The notes: generated from the letters alone by a model not told the origin. 64,000 nucleotides of DNA from a virus (IMGVR_UViG_3300005337_000003:32001-96000); one strand, 5' to 3'; shown: positions 20,188 to 30,503, counted from the stretch's first letter. Numbers and translations are program-made.

Positions 20188-20735
20188 ATCATTTCAAATT
20201 CATCGTAGTTTTTTAAAAATTCTTCCAGTCTTCCCCGCTCCATATCATCTATCTTACTGAGTATTAAGCGATACTCTGCCTCCTTGCGGTCCTGGTGGAA
20301 TATGTATTTATTAAAGTCCTCCGCATAGGCTTTAGATACAATCTTAGACATATTCTTGGAAGACTTCAATTCCCAAACATACCTGTCCTTTAAGTGGTAT
20401 CTTTTAGAATGGTTACTATACATTATTCTGCATTTAAGTCCATCTGTATGCAGGTTAAGGTGCGGCATCTTTTGACCTAGCTTGAGCTTGTGAAAGTTAT
20501 AATATACTTTTTTAGGCCTGTAGCTGGCCACGTATAAATGCCCCAATCGCAGGGGAAGTTCTGCTCCGTACCTGTTCAGTGCTATTTCCTCAGCCATTAC
20601 ATCATGAAATGCTTTGAAAATATTACTATGGCCGCCCAGAGAGTCGGTAGAGAATTTGCGCCAGTGCGGGTACTTGTTGAAAAACACCGTGGCGTTATTC
20701 TGGTTCTTAAAAAGAGATTTAGTGTTTATCTTCAT
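20184..20735 (-). CDS. IHF/HU-like DNA-binding protein, 183 aa
   Basis: FHDVMAEEIALNRYGAELPLRLGHLYV matches the HU/IHF helix-plus-arm pattern; basic; same position as the crAss-like IHF gene. Confidence 0.6.
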   Translation of the reverse strand: MKINTKSLFKNQNNATVFFNKYPHWRKFSTDSLGGHSNIFKAFHDVMAEEIALNRYGAELPLRLGHLYVASYRPKKVYYNFHKLKLGQKMPHLNLHTDGLKCRIMYSNHSKRYHLKDRYVWELKSSKNMSKIVSKAYAEDFNKYIFHQDRKEAEYRLILSKIDDMERGRLEEFLKNYDEFEMI

Positions 20736-20751
20736 TTTTCTGTTATCTAGT

Positions 20752-20780
20752 AAAAAACCCCCGCCATTAGCGGACGGGGG
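20752..20780 (-). terminator. Intrinsic terminator
   Basis: CCCCCG/CGGGGG stem followed by a U6 run on the minus strand. Confidence 0.7.
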
Positions 20781-20835
20781 CCTGTTGTCGCCACTTAACC
20801 AACAACCAGAAAGTGGACGCTAACTTCACTTATTA

Positions 20836-21993
20836 TCATCCACATGACGGCCCATATTCAGCGTCTATAGTAGTTCCGGGAGTAATGGGCAGGTACGCTA
20901 AACTTCCAGGAACAATACATGCTACCACACTCGATGGGGAGCCTCCTACGGTTAATATACCGGTCTGGGGCTCTCCGCCACAGCTTGTATAATAATACCT
21001 TGCCTGGTCCTCTACATCTCCTGAAACACTGAAACTGGCGGTAGTACAATCACATATACAATTGCCGCTCTGCACGACAGTGTATGCTGTATCAATAGTT
21101 GGCGCTTCCGGGGCACAGATTACCATGGAATCTCCCAAACTCAAAGTGCCTGCTGATATATCCTCATCAGCGCCGATACAACCCGGCGAGTTAAATGTAG
21201 GACAATCCTCAAGAACGGCTACTGCAGTTGCTGGTGTTGTGCCCGGGGCAATTGCAATATCTGGAAGACTTTCGAATTGAGTCGAGCTGATTACAGACAC
21301 GGACGTTACTTTACCATAATTAGTAGTAAAATTAAAAACTGCGTCTACAAGCGGACTTCCCATGCCACTCGGATTGATTCCAAGCCCAGTGCCGCTTGTG
21401 AATCCTGAACCTGCGGCAGTAATGGTTATGCTGGTCACCTGACCTCCGGAAACAACTACTGTGGCATAAGCTCCAACGCCGCTGCCGCCCGTAATGGGCA
21501 CGGTCGTATAAGTGCCACTATTATAGCCTGCGCCAGGATTAGTAATAGTTCCTCCTGACAGGCCGCCAGAGCCTACAATAGCCTGAAGAACGGCGCTGCC
21601 TCCTCCGCCTATAGCATTTACATTAGGAGGAGATCCGGGATTATAACCACTGCCTCCATCAGTAACAGTTACGGAAGCCAACTCCAAGTGTGTACATGTC
21701 ACAGTGTAGGACTTACATGTGGGGTTGGGTGTAAATGTCGCAGTGAACGCCACACGATCCTGTGTCGAATCTTCTGCTATGCAGGCTGCCTGTACATACC
21801 CAGTGTAAGTGACGTCATCGCATGTTTCATCATCTACAAATATCGGACAAGATGCAATGCAGGCTCCGAGAGTATTACAAGTGGTCTCTACACAAGTATA
21901 AGGGCCGCTAGACCCCAACCGATAGCATACTCTATGTATACCTATGTAATTAGCGGTAAATGTTACCTGTATGTTTGCTGGGGATTGGCTCAT
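20836..21993 (-). CDS. Cys/Gly/Ser-rich virion decoration or fibre protein, 385 aa
   Basis: Repeats VTVTDGGSGY / ITNPGAGY / ITITAAGSGF, as in phage fibre and baseplate-type proteins; many Cys. Confidence 0.6.
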   Translation of the reverse strand: MSQSPANIQVTFTANYIGIHRVCYRLGSSGPYTCVETTCNTLGACIASCPIFVDDETCDDVTYTGYVQAACIAEDSTQDRVAFTATFTPNPTCKSYTVTCTHLELASVTVTDGGSGYNPGSPPNVNAIGGGGSAVLQAIVGSGGLSGGTITNPGAGYNSGTYTTVPITGGSGVGAYATVVVSGGQVTSITITAAGSGFTSGTGLGINPSGMGSPLVDAVFNFTTNYGKVTSVSVISSTQFESLPDIAIAPGTTPATAVAVLEDCPTFNSPGCIGADEDISAGTLSLGDSMVICAPEAPTIDTAYTVVQSGNCICDCTTASFSVSGDVEDQARYYYTSCGGEPQTGILTVGGSPSSVVACIVPGSLAYLPITPGTTIDAEYGPSCG

Positions 21994-22523
21994 TGTATTT
22001 TAGTCTTTATTTTTAACGTTACTGAAAAACATGGATCTAAATCGGGACATATACTCGCGATTTTTATCTCATAATATGTGTCAGGTTCTAACCCGGCAGC
22101 AGTATCCGTGTTAACTGTGGAAGATACGGCTGTGTTTAAACTGAAATTAACTGTTCCTGTCTTACGATAGTAAATCTGAAAATTTCCCGAAAATCCGGAA
22201 GGTATTCCCCACTTAACCCTGATGGTAGTTGGAGTAATATAGTCTGAATTGAAGATAACGGCTGAGCATGGTGAATTCGGGCTGTTGCATCCCGGATTGG
22301 TAATCATGCCTACCAGTTTCTGAATTATTTCATTGAATCTGGCGCCTTGCGGTACGGCAATATTAACTATCTCATCGCCGGTATAGATCAGGCATTTTCC
22401 GTCCTGGGTCTCAAAGCACTGTTCCACCTCAGAGCATGAAGGATATCCAGAACAAGCGCTTCCCTGTGAGATAACGTTATCTCCGCATTGACAAGGTTTA
22501 TTACAGCCGCATTTCTTTTTCAT
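21990..22523 (-). CDS. Cys-rich protein with C-terminal fibronectin type III-like domain, 177 aa
   Basis: TIRVKW...FQIYYRK...GLEPDTYYEIKIASIC is an FN3 signature. Confidence 0.65.
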   Translation of the reverse strand: MKKKCGCNKPCQCGDNVISQGSACSGYPSCSEVEQCFETQDGKCLIYTGDEIVNIAVPQGARFNEIIQKLVGMITNPGCNSPNSPCSAVIFNSDYITPTTIRVKWGIPSGFSGNFQIYYRKTGTVNFSLNTAVSSTVNTDTAAGLEPDTYYEIKIASICPDLDPCFSVTLKIKTKIQ

Positions 22524-22524
22524 A

Positions 22525-23709
22525 TCATTCTATAATTATTTCGGCACTTACGCCATTAGGGGCTGGACAAACCGCTGGTAATGTGTCCACCATAGCAAAG
22601 GGACAACTCCGGGTGATCTCAGGAGTAATCATTTGTACCCTTATCTTGTAGGTGGTGCCTGGAGTTAAACCGGTAAACTGACCAGTTACAGTAATAGGCC
22701 CACTAACACCAGTATTAAATGCCTGCAATTGAACATTATTGACAGAGTATAGCTGTGTTGAGTATGTAAGAGTACCTACAGTATGATTGAAAGAGTAGGA
22801 AAGACTGGTATACCCTGCACTAATAGTGACTGTCGGACAGGCTGAGTTGTTAACTATATCTAATTCCAGGAATTTCTGACAAGTGGTTCCACTTAATGGA
22901 TTAGTGAGACTGTTAACTCCTGATATAGAAAGATCGTCAGCAAAATTAAGGTTAGCTCCCGTCAGATCCAGTGATATTCCTGCGGTATTATTTAAGTTGC
23001 CTTTTATATCAACTCTGGAATTCAAAAAGCCGCCAGATTGATCTTCTATACGAAATAACACCCCTCCGGATTCGGTATTTACAAGTTCTGATGGAATAGT
23101 ACCGGTAAAGAATAAAGTGAGTATACGATTGCTGAATGTACCGGACATAGCAATCTCTACGCTGTTACATAGATTGGAGCCAAAATTCAACTGCAGGTTA
23201 GTGACAGCACTCCGGAGATCTTTTACCATTACCAGTAAATTAGTTATACCCTGTGGCATTTTAGCTACCTGTGAAATCCAGGAAGGAAGAGCACTCAGGT
23301 TACCTCCACTGGTACCAACACTGGGCAGTGAATTCAAGGCAGTAAAAGCAGCCAGCGAATCAGAAATGTCATTAACATTACCTGTAGCTAACCTTAGCTC
23401 ACCAAATTGTTTTTCCAGAAGAGCTGTAAAATCATTCAATACCAGAGCAGTGGTGGGACTTGCAATATATTTAGGGTAAAGGGACGGTAACGTGTAAGGC
23501 TGCAGGTTATTAAACTGGGCCTCTAAGCTAGTCACCCTTCCTGCTAATTGAGTAGTAGCTTGTTGGTATGTACTAACAGTAGTAACCAAACTACAAACTC
23601 TCTTACCTATCAACGATACGTAATTATTAATAGGCAGTGTAGTGACTTGATCTCCCGTAGAAGGATCTGAGTATTGAAAACATTGGGCTAATAAAATCAA
23701 GTCAGCCAT
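22525..23709 (-). CDS. Coiled-coil plus FN3-like virion protein, 394 aa
   Basis: Heptad segment TTVSTYQQATTQLAGRVTSLEAQF; FTGLTPGTTYKIRV FN3 strand. Confidence 0.6.
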   Translation of the reverse strand: MADLILLAQCFQYSDPSTGDQVTTLPINNYVSLIGKRVCSLVTTVSTYQQATTQLAGRVTSLEAQFNNLQPYTLPSLYPKYIASPTTALVLNDFTALLEKQFGELRLATGNVNDISDSLAAFTALNSLPSVGTSGGNLSALPSWISQVAKMPQGITNLLVMVKDLRSAVTNLQLNFGSNLCNSVEIAMSGTFSNRILTLFFTGTIPSELVNTESGGVLFRIEDQSGGFLNSRVDIKGNLNNTAGISLDLTGANLNFADDLSISGVNSLTNPLSGTTCQKFLELDIVNNSACPTVTISAGYTSLSYSFNHTVGTLTYSTQLYSVNNVQLQAFNTGVSGPITVTGQFTGLTPGTTYKIRVQMITPEITRSCPFAMVDTLPAVCPAPNGVSAEIIIE

Positions 23710-23975
23710 TATTCACAGGTTTTAGTTATAAGGGCATTAATAAGATCCTTAAAGTCACTGATTTCTCCGACAGAAGTGAGACACCCCAAGTCATAATTAT
23801 CCAACTTCACAATATCTTCCAGGGCTAATACCTTAGTGGCTAATTTGTACATTGCCGGTGAGATCTCCTGTCCCCTGCATAAACCAACATCCTCTATGTC
23901 AGGACCATCCCAAATGACACAATTTACACTGATAGCAGTGCAGTTGCCGGTCTTATAATTCGTAGGTTTGCCCAT
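23709..23975 (-). CDS. Small virion protein, 88 aa
   Basis: CTAISVNCVIWDGPDI motif, paralogous to QDGKCLIYTGDEI in 21990..22523; strong leader. Confidence 0.65.
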   Translation of the reverse strand: MGKPTNYKTGNCTAISVNCVIWDGPDIEDVGLCRGQEISPAMYKLATKVLALEDIVKLDNYDLGCLTSVGEISDFKDLINALITKTCE

Positions 23976-23995
23976 TGTGTGTTATACAAAAATAG

Positions 23996-24400
23996 TTAAT
24001 TTGTTTGATAAGTTAAAACCGCAGTTACCTCTGTTGGCTTGTCGCAGGGGGTAATGACCTGCACAATAACAGCACTGACATTCCTGGCCTTTTCACAGCT
24101 GATCGACCCGAAAACCTGCAACACCGCAGTCACGCCACATGGCGCACAACAGGATACCGGCACGGTAAGACATACTGAAGGATCATAAATCAGTTCCAGA
24201 TCCATCAAATTCTTTTTTATCAACCACTTATTAAAATTCGGCTCAATACAACTCCTTACTCCCCATTTAGCTTCCAGGAACTTGCTATATACCTGATCGG
24301 CAAAATTGGTAAATACCTGGTAAAGACGCTCCTTAGAGATCCGGCCAGTGTCGTAAAGCGGCTGTATGTGCTTTTTTCTTATGTACGGCATTGTTCGCAA
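23996..24400 (-). CDS. Hypothetical virion protein, 134 aa
   Basis: In-operon ORF overlapping the upstream stop; C-terminal P-x-x-V-x-A repeats as in 22525..23709. Confidence 0.6.
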   Translation of the reverse strand: MRTMPYIRKKHIQPLYDTGRISKERLYQVFTNFADQVYSKFLEAKWGVRSCIEPNFNKWLIKKNLMDLELIYDPSVCLTVPVSCCAPCGVTAVLQVFGSISCEKARNVSAVIVQVITPCDKPTEVTAVLTYQTN

Positions 24401-25695
24401 GTTTCATAATCACTAGTAACCACCACGTCCCGTACCACTTCTACCCTGCTCCACCTGGTAACCTGCCAGCATACATTATAACCGGTAATTCTCACCGACC
24501 TATTTTCATAACTAGAAAGGTCTGTGGTAGTATAAATAGGAGTTGCGGTGCCGATACAATCTGTAAGCTTCCAATATACAGTGGCGCATTCAGCACAGCT
24601 GTCAAATTGCTCGTCTACTACAACACTTATGGGGGAAGGACACGGCGAAGTGCTGTTAAGCTGGACCACATAACATCCTGTATGCCCCACAAGGGTAAGG
24701 ATTTTATTTTCCACCCCGGTCAGATTTGTATTCGTCACAATATTGGGACCTCCTGAACAATTCACAAGCGTGAAACAACATGTGCCAGGAGATACCCTTA
24801 AAACAGTCTTGCAAAATAATTCGCCATCCATACAAAATTCATGATAATCTGAACAATCGTAATAACCGTTCACCCCGGTATCCGTAGGGTTAGCCCTGGA
24901 AATGAGAGTGGTTGTGTATTGGCCTTGGGCATTGCAGCAAGCTGTGGCGTATAGATTGTTGAGGTTTGCCTGATCCTGGGTATCGCTGAGTATCTGAGGC
25001 GTCACGTTCTTGTAAATTTCAGCCACGAAAACGCCCAGGTTAGGACAGGTTGGAGATGGAAAAAGGGCATAACTGCTATTGCAATTCACTGTCCCTCCCC
25101 ATTCATCTATGCAACCTTCACTTCCACAAAGGGTGCCTGATCTGGCCTCTATCAGTATGTTGTATTTACCCTCTTCAAGGTCCAGGGGAAACACTTGTAA
25201 GTACTGGCTCGGCAGATTCGGCGGAATTGGTGAAGACTCAATAGCCAATACGCCATTAATCTTAATCCGGAATGCAAATGTAGCCGTTACTGCCACACTA
25301 TATATGTCGCCGTTAGTTACAGTAACGCAGTAATTATAACCCTGCCAGTCGTTTAAGGGAGGCGAAAGACCTATTCCTCCCTGATTGAGACGTCCCCTTG
25401 ATGTTGAGTTATGACTGATCCATAAATCTCCGCTCACCAGTATAGCGATCGGCTGCAATATAGCACCCAAAACATCCCTATAAGCTAACGTATAACCATC
25501 CAGGTATGATAACGGGTATTGTACAGGTGAGATAGAATCAAAGCATGCTGTGCCGCCAGACATATAACTTCCATCCGGCACAATGGCAGGGGGCCGGGCT
25601 GACAATCTCTTGGGCACAAGAGGTGTAAACTCGGTATGCTCACACAGACCAGTGTCGGGGTTTAGTAAATAATCTGGAGGGCATCCGCAGCTCAT
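24379..25695 (-). CDS. Cys-rich virion protein, 438 aa
   Basis: Two internal repeats (FTLVNCSGGPNIVTNTNL / WKLTDCIGTATPIYTTTDL, each followed by a C...CxxC pattern). Confidence 0.7.
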   Translation of the reverse strand: MSCGCPPDYLLNPDTGLCEHTEFTPLVPKRLSARPPAIVPDGSYMSGGTACFDSISPVQYPLSYLDGYTLAYRDVLGAILQPIAILVSGDLWISHNSTSRGRLNQGGIGLSPPLNDWQGYNYCVTVTNGDIYSVAVTATFAFRIKINGVLAIESSPIPPNLPSQYLQVFPLDLEEGKYNILIEARSGTLCGSEGCIDEWGGTVNCNSSYALFPSPTCPNLGVFVAEIYKNVTPQILSDTQDQANLNNLYATACCNAQGQYTTTLISRANPTDTGVNGYYDCSDYHEFCMDGELFCKTVLRVSPGTCCFTLVNCSGGPNIVTNTNLTGVENKILTLVGHTGCYVVQLNSTSPCPSPISVVVDEQFDSCAECATVYWKLTDCIGTATPIYTTTDLSSYENRSVRITGYNVCWQVTRWSRVEVVRDVVVTSDYETCEQCRT

Positions 25696-25874
25696 GTTTT
25701 TCCTGTATAGACCGCGTTAACGTTAGTGGGGGCCTGGGGAGATGACGGGATACTGGAAGCCGGCTTTATTGTCTTATGTACACATTGTGTGCAGCCGGTT
25801 ACTCCGTTTTTTATTCTGGCTGCACAGCTACAACCATGTACGGCTTGACATTGTGGGCATGTCCATTTACTCAT
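25692..25874 (-). CDS. Small Cys-rich (zinc-ribbon-like) protein, 60 aa
   Basis: CPQCQAVHGCSC...CTQC; leader AAAAACCAACAACAATG. Confidence 0.6.
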   Translation of the reverse strand: MSKWTCPQCQAVHGCSCAARIKNGVTGCTQCVHKTIKPASSIPSSPQAPTNVNAVYTGKT

Positions 25875-25895
25875 TGTTGTTGGTTTTTAATTGGT

Positions 25896-26441
25896 TTAAC
25901 AAAGTCTGCAGGTTATTTTGCTGAGCAATTCCCAGGCATAATTATACAGGGCTAATCCCGCCTTCACATCCCTTCCGGGATCTACTTTAGCCTGGGCAGC
26001 CTTTAATAGATTCTGTATCCACACCAGCTGGTCCAACCTTGACTGCTGGGAGGAGGAAGGCTCGCAGGTACCCAGATCCAGCTCACAGTACAGGTTGCGG
26101 ATCTTGTTAAGGGCCTTGGTAATCCGCAGGTAGTTGTATTCCACGTAGACCTGATCATTCGGTGATACACTATAGGTTATGACGTATACTTTATCCGGCA
26201 GTTCATTGAATTCCGTTCCGCAATTCACAGTCTGTACCTTCAGGTTGCAGGCGCTCAGGTTAAGTGCAAACCCGGGCTCTATGTCATCCACAAAAAAAGA
26301 ATTGGTAAATCCCGGAACTGTGATCTGAAGCCTGGCGCATTTTGTTGGTATCAAATCGTCATATATGGACATATCCACCACACGCAATACACATGTGTTC
26401 AGGGTATCCGGTATCTCTAAGCCTAATTTGTGTGATCCCAT
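25896..26441 (-). CDS. Conserved structural-module protein, 181 aa
   Basis: Clean in-operon ORF; function not recognised. Confidence 0.65.
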   Translation of the reverse strand: MGSHKLGLEIPDTLNTCVLRVVDMSIYDDLIPTKCARLQITVPGFTNSFFVDDIEPGFALNLSACNLKVQTVNCGTEFNELPDKVYVITYSVSPNDQVYVEYNYLRITKALNKIRNLYCELDLGTCEPSSSQQSRLDQLVWIQNLLKAAQAKVDPGRDVKAGLALYNYAWELLSKITCRLC

Positions 26442-26454
26442 TTCTCAGAAAACA

Positions 26455-26495
26455 AAAAAGGGAGAGAAGGCGTAAGCCTACCTCCCCTTCTCGCG
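26455..26495 (-). terminator. Intrinsic terminator after the 429-aa gene
   Basis: GGGGAGG-TAGGC-TTAC-GCCT-TCTCTCC hairpin followed by a U6 run. Confidence 0.7.
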
Positions 26496-26518
26496 TGTTT
26501 AGTTGTGTGTTGTGTCTA

Positions 26519-27808
26519 TTAAGGTGTCATGGGGGTGCAGGCGCCGCAGGAGAATGTCTCCAGCGAGACCCCACTACCCGCGTTGCTCAGCCAGGTGGAA
26601 ATAAAAGTCTCCAAGGTTGAGTTAGCTGCTGTCGATATGATGTTCAGCGAGAACTGGTCATTCGAATAGGAATTCGTATTGTTATCCAGCCTGGGAACAT
26701 TGTGTGTCAATGAATACCGATAGTACTGAGTGGTACGACTGATTGCAGCCAGCACATCATCGCCTCCGATGATCTCACGAACACGCGGATCATTTACATA
26801 AGGCTGCTGACGGTAAAGCTCTGTTAAGATCTCCTCACGAAGAATAGTTTCGCCAAAACCGGTGCCTTCGCGGCCTTCACACTCTGTTTTCACACAGATG
26901 CCTGTAAAGGCACACTGATCACCAGTAAAGTCTATCATACCCACCAGAATATCTACAGGTACAATGTTGTAGTAATCGGTAGGCTCAAAAGAACAGTTGC
27001 CAAAAACAGTCTCAACGTAAGCACCCTGAATGCGCATACCGGCTGAAGCACCGATCGTGTGGCCGGGAGATACGTAATTATCCCAGGTATTTACGCTGGC
27101 CGTACCAGGAGGATATAAAGGCAGGCCTGCCTCACTGTATACGATAATACTAACAAATGGATTAAGTTCCACATCGTCAGTAATCTGCTGAGCCCAGTCA
27201 ATAAACGCCAGTGTACTGTCGATAGGCTGGCCCGGTGCATTATCCGCACAGCAGGGGGCTTTGAACGTATATAAGGCATAGGCGTCGCGGTTTAGATACC
27301 TACGAACAGGATCGTTACGCACTTCAAGGCGCATTGTGTAGGCCTCACCACAAGCGAACTCGAAGTTACATGCAGTATCGTAAGGGCTGGCTGCATGAGT
27401 ATAATTAGTCTTACCGAAGTGTACGGTTTTATTACGTGCAGTACAAGGGACATACTTCTGCCAGGAACTGACCAGTCTAGCATTGATCTCCTTGGATTTG
27501 TTAGTCTCCTTCAGACCACCGTAAAAGGGATTCAGTTGGTCTTTAAGCCTGAGAGAAGCAGCTGCAAGCACCAGATTTGGTGCACTAGAGCTGATGCTGG
27601 CGGTTGTTACTGATTTAAAGGTTTTGGCATCAAAGAAGCCATAGCTTCCAACTCCGTAAGTGGTTGATGCGGTGCCAGTGTTAATGTTAAGCACATCAGT
27701 GCCTAAACCTGCGGTTACCAAAAAACCCTGGACCTGGTTAGTGTTGGCCGTGGTCGCTTTGGTTCCGATGAAGGTGCGTGGATACGCGTCCCTGAAAAAT
27801 GTTCCCAT
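26519..27808 (-). CDS. Abundant virion protein (auxiliary capsid-like), 429 aa
   Basis: Shares an identical 23-nt leader with the MCP gene and has its own terminator; conserved crAss-like position. Exact role is inference. Confidence 0.6.
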   Translation of the reverse strand: MGTFFRDAYPRTFIGTKATTANTNQVQGFLVTAGLGTDVLNINTGTASTTYGVGSYGFFDAKTFKSVTTASISSSAPNLVLAAASLRLKDQLNPFYGGLKETNKSKEINARLVSSWQKYVPCTARNKTVHFGKTNYTHAASPYDTACNFEFACGEAYTMRLEVRNDPVRRYLNRDAYALYTFKAPCCADNAPGQPIDSTLAFIDWAQQITDDVELNPFVSIIVYSEAGLPLYPPGTASVNTWDNYVSPGHTIGASAGMRIQGAYVETVFGNCSFEPTDYYNIVPVDILVGMIDFTGDQCAFTGICVKTECEGREGTGFGETILREEILTELYRQQPYVNDPRVREIIGGDDVLAAISRTTQYYRYSLTHNVPRLDNNTNSYSNDQFSLNIISTAANSTLETFISTWLSNAGSGVSLETFSCGACTPMTP

Positions 27809-27851
27809 GTTGTGTGTGTTGTGTGTTTATAAAATAAATAATTATAACAAA

Positions 27852-27868
27852 TTTACTAAAAAAGTAAA
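27852..27868. promoter_or_regulatory. 17-bp palindromic operator-like site, copy 2
   Basis: TTTACTAAAAAAGTAAA, the reverse complement of the 9399 and 41273 copies. Confidence 0.7.
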
Positions 27869-27883
27869 GCTTTTTGACTGCCG

Positions 27884-28597
27884 TTAGTTATTTTTTTCAA
27901 CATCAGTGCCCAATCTATTAACTTGTTGCCAATTCTCATCATCCCCTGCCAATACTTTGGCAGCTCCTGCGCAAAATAATTCAGCCAGGTCTTCCTTGAA
28001 TTCACACTCCACTTCCTCTCCGATAACCGGCGTGGTACCATCATACACATCCTGGATGCCCACACTACGAACACGGCGAGGTTGACGATAATAGATCAAG
28101 CTACATGAATCCACCAGGAACTCATCATGATAAATCTTCACGGTATTGCCAAAAATAACACCAAAGGTTTCCCCCCAGGCATAGTCTGGTCTGATATGAT
28201 CATCCCGCCTGTAGATATCAACATTAGATGCCTCGCCCAGGTAAACGATCATGGGCTTAGGGGTTTTGCAACACTCCTTTGTAACGTAAAGCTCAACACG
28301 CTTGTGTCGCAAATAATTGACAGGCCAATCAGTAACCAAACTCTCAAAATAAGGCCCTTTATCCACCATATTCAAGGATTGAGGGGTCAACAATATCTGC
28401 AAATCGTCAATACGGGAAGTGGAGGCTTCATCTCCTTCCCGGTATGCATTTCCGCCGTGGGAATTCTCCCGGCACCAGTCATACTGGTACTTGTTGAATG
28501 CCTCCAGGATCTGCCAGGGCTTGATGTTCTGGAAATCCTGGGAGTCTATCTTGTTGAGCCTCTCCTTGACCTTGATAAGTATAGTGTTGTTTTTCAT
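27884..28597 (-). CDS. Tail ring / head-tail connector protein (crAss gene 74-like), 237 aa
   Basis: VKERLNKIDSQD N-terminus and YYRQPR motif typical of this conserved crAss-like family. Confidence 0.65.
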   Translation of the reverse strand: MKNNTILIKVKERLNKIDSQDFQNIKPWQILEAFNKYQYDWCRENSHGGNAYREGDEASTSRIDDLQILLTPQSLNMVDKGPYFESLVTDWPVNYLRHKRVELYVTKECCKTPKPMIVYLGEASNVDIYRRDDHIRPDYAWGETFGVIFGNTVKIYHDEFLVDSCSLIYYRQPRRVRSVGIQDVYDGTTPVIGEEVECEFKEDLAELFCAGAAKVLAGDDENWQQVNRLGTDVEKNN

Positions 28598-28604
28598 GGC
28601 TATT

Positions 28605-28635
28605 AAAAAACCGCAGGGCTTTGATTGCGCTGCGG
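28605..28635 (-). terminator. Intrinsic terminator
   Basis: CCGCAG/CTGCGG stem followed by a U6 run on the minus strand. Confidence 0.7.
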
Positions 28636-28666
28636 TCTATGGTTTGTTGTGAGCATTGTTATGGTG

Positions 28667-29668
28667 TCAGTTTTTCCAGGTTGACTCTACCTCCTTGCTT
28701 ATCGCATCGCAAACATCGGCATTTGTGGGATTGCCTAGGTATGCCCAGACATCCTCTATGGTTCGACCCAGCTTAGCATTGGTCTTGGAGTGATAGATGC
28801 AGCCATCGGCCTTTGTCACGATAAACTGCTGCAGGGCGGCGTCTGCCGTGATAGCCCGGATACGTAGGTCTGCATGTTTCTGCGCGGCCAGGGAATTGAA
28901 ATTAATAGAAGCCCGCTTGGCAGTTTCCGCCCCCAGGCCTTCGATATAATCGTCCAGGTACGCATAGATTACTTCCTGCGAGGTATTCTTGGTGTATTTT
29001 ACAGAGCTCTTATCCACACACTTAACGATGCAGAACAATTTGCCAGGATCTTTTTCTGAGAGCTCCTGCAATGATGCCTTGGCTTTGTTTTTAATGCGCT
29101 TAAGTTCATTGTGGCTCACGGTTGTGTCCTCGCCCAGATCCAGGTAGAATTTAGGTGGTTTTGCGGAAGCCATAGCTGTGTCATAAGAGGGAGATACACT
29201 GCTAAACCCCCCGGCACGGATCGCGCACAGGAGCAGTAACTTCTCAGGATCCGTTGGGTCCAGGAAAACAGGCTCATTAGATACCACCAGTTCCTTAGTA
29301 GACCAGAATTCATCATTTTCCGGACGGCATATCTTCACCTTAGCCCAAAAATCCTTATCGTCAGGATCGATCACGTTCGCCACAAGTGACTGCTCCAGGA
29401 ATGCGACATTCCTGCGAATCTCCGCAATAGCGGCATTCTTCTCCTTTTCAGGCAGGTTCTGCACGTCCGATGAGAATTCGTTAAGTCCTGTCACCCACCG
29501 CCTGATGCCATTTTTCTCCAGGCAGGCCAGGCGCTCGGTGTGCTCAGCCCCCTCGTGTATGGCGAAGCCATATTTGGCCAGGCCGTTGTTAACCTTGGGA
29601 TCCCTGTTAGGCACAAAGGGCAGTATCCTGGGGATGACTTTCCTGTTTGTTTTTGTTGCTGTTGTCAT
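28667..29668 (-). CDS. Conserved capsid-module protein (crAss gene 75-like), 333 aa
   Basis: Position directly after MCP apart from the endonuclease insertion. Confidence 0.6.
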   Translation of the reverse strand: MTTATKTNRKVIPRILPFVPNRDPKVNNGLAKYGFAIHEGAEHTERLACLEKNGIRRWVTGLNEFSSDVQNLPEKEKNAAIAEIRRNVAFLEQSLVANVIDPDDKDFWAKVKICRPENDEFWSTKELVVSNEPVFLDPTDPEKLLLLCAIRAGGFSSVSPSYDTAMASAKPPKFYLDLGEDTTVSHNELKRIKNKAKASLQELSEKDPGKLFCIVKCVDKSSVKYTKNTSQEVIYAYLDDYIEGLGAETAKRASINFNSLAAQKHADLRIRAITADAALQQFIVTKADGCIYHSKTNAKLGRTIEDVWAYLGNPTNADVCDAISKEVESTWKN

Positions 29669-30503
29669 TGTTTTTAGTTGTTGGTTTTTTTAATATTTCC
29701 TGGTACTTATCGTATTTTCTGTCAAGGTATGTGGCAGCTCCCTCGTAAAGTATTCTCAAGCTTGAGACTGCCTTATGTGAGTGTATTTCACAATACCACA
29801 GGTGTTTAGATTTTTTACTTCTCAGTGCTGTGGTTTTCGTATCTACGCCGCATTTTCGGATAAATTCCAAAAATGATTTTACTGTGTTCTCGTGGCCACA
29901 TATTCCCACACCGTTTACTTTTTCTTGACAAATTACCCATCCGTCTCCATCAATTACTCCTCGCCAAAAGTCTCTTGAATTGATTAGAAGTTCGTGTGGT
30001 GTAATGTCGTAAGTTTTCCGGCTAGTAAACCCAAGTGACTTTAATACACTCCAAATTTTTGAAGAACTAAAAGTCACCCTGTAAGACGGATTGCCCATAT
30101 AACCATCCTGCGTTTTTTGAGGCTTGATATAAGTAGCATCAACAGTATTAAAGAACTTAGAGTACTTGGATAAATGAGCCTTATCTATTTCACTTAATGT
30201 TAAGGACATTCTGGGTCGATCTTTAGACACACTACCATCTGCATATAAAAAACCAATCCAGTATAAAGCGTCAGGTGTTAAAACATCTAGCGCATCATCG
30301 TTTAAAAACACTCCGCCAGATTTACCTTTCCTGATAGATTCAGATAGCGGTCTGAATATACCATGAACCTTAAATAGATTAGCAATTGTTTCCGGATCCA
30401 TCCGCAGAAGCTTGCAGAATTTTGGGATCGACATACCAGACTTGTAAAGAACGATAGCTCTTTTCACTCGGAAGTCTGTGATTAGCAGTTTTTTCTTTTT
30501 CAT
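29607..30503 (-). CDS. LAGLIDADG homing endonuclease, free-standing, 298 aa
   Basis: Two motifs, YWIGFLYADG and FWRGVIDGDG; N-terminal HTH-like segment; visibly AT-richer than the flanking genes. Confidence 0.85.
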   Translation of the reverse strand: MKKKKLLITDFRVKRAIVLYKSGMSIPKFCKLLRMDPETIANLFKVHGIFRPLSESIRKGKSGGVFLNDDALDVLTPDALYWIGFLYADGSVSKDRPRMSLTLSEIDKAHLSKYSKFFNTVDATYIKPQKTQDGYMGNPSYRVTFSSSKIWSVLKSLGFTSRKTYDITPHELLINSRDFWRGVIDGDGWVICQEKVNGVGICGHENTVKSFLEFIRKCGVDTKTTALRSKKSKHLWYCEIHSHKAVSSLRILYEGAATYLDRKYDKYQEILKKPTTKNNDNSNKNKQESHPQDTALCA

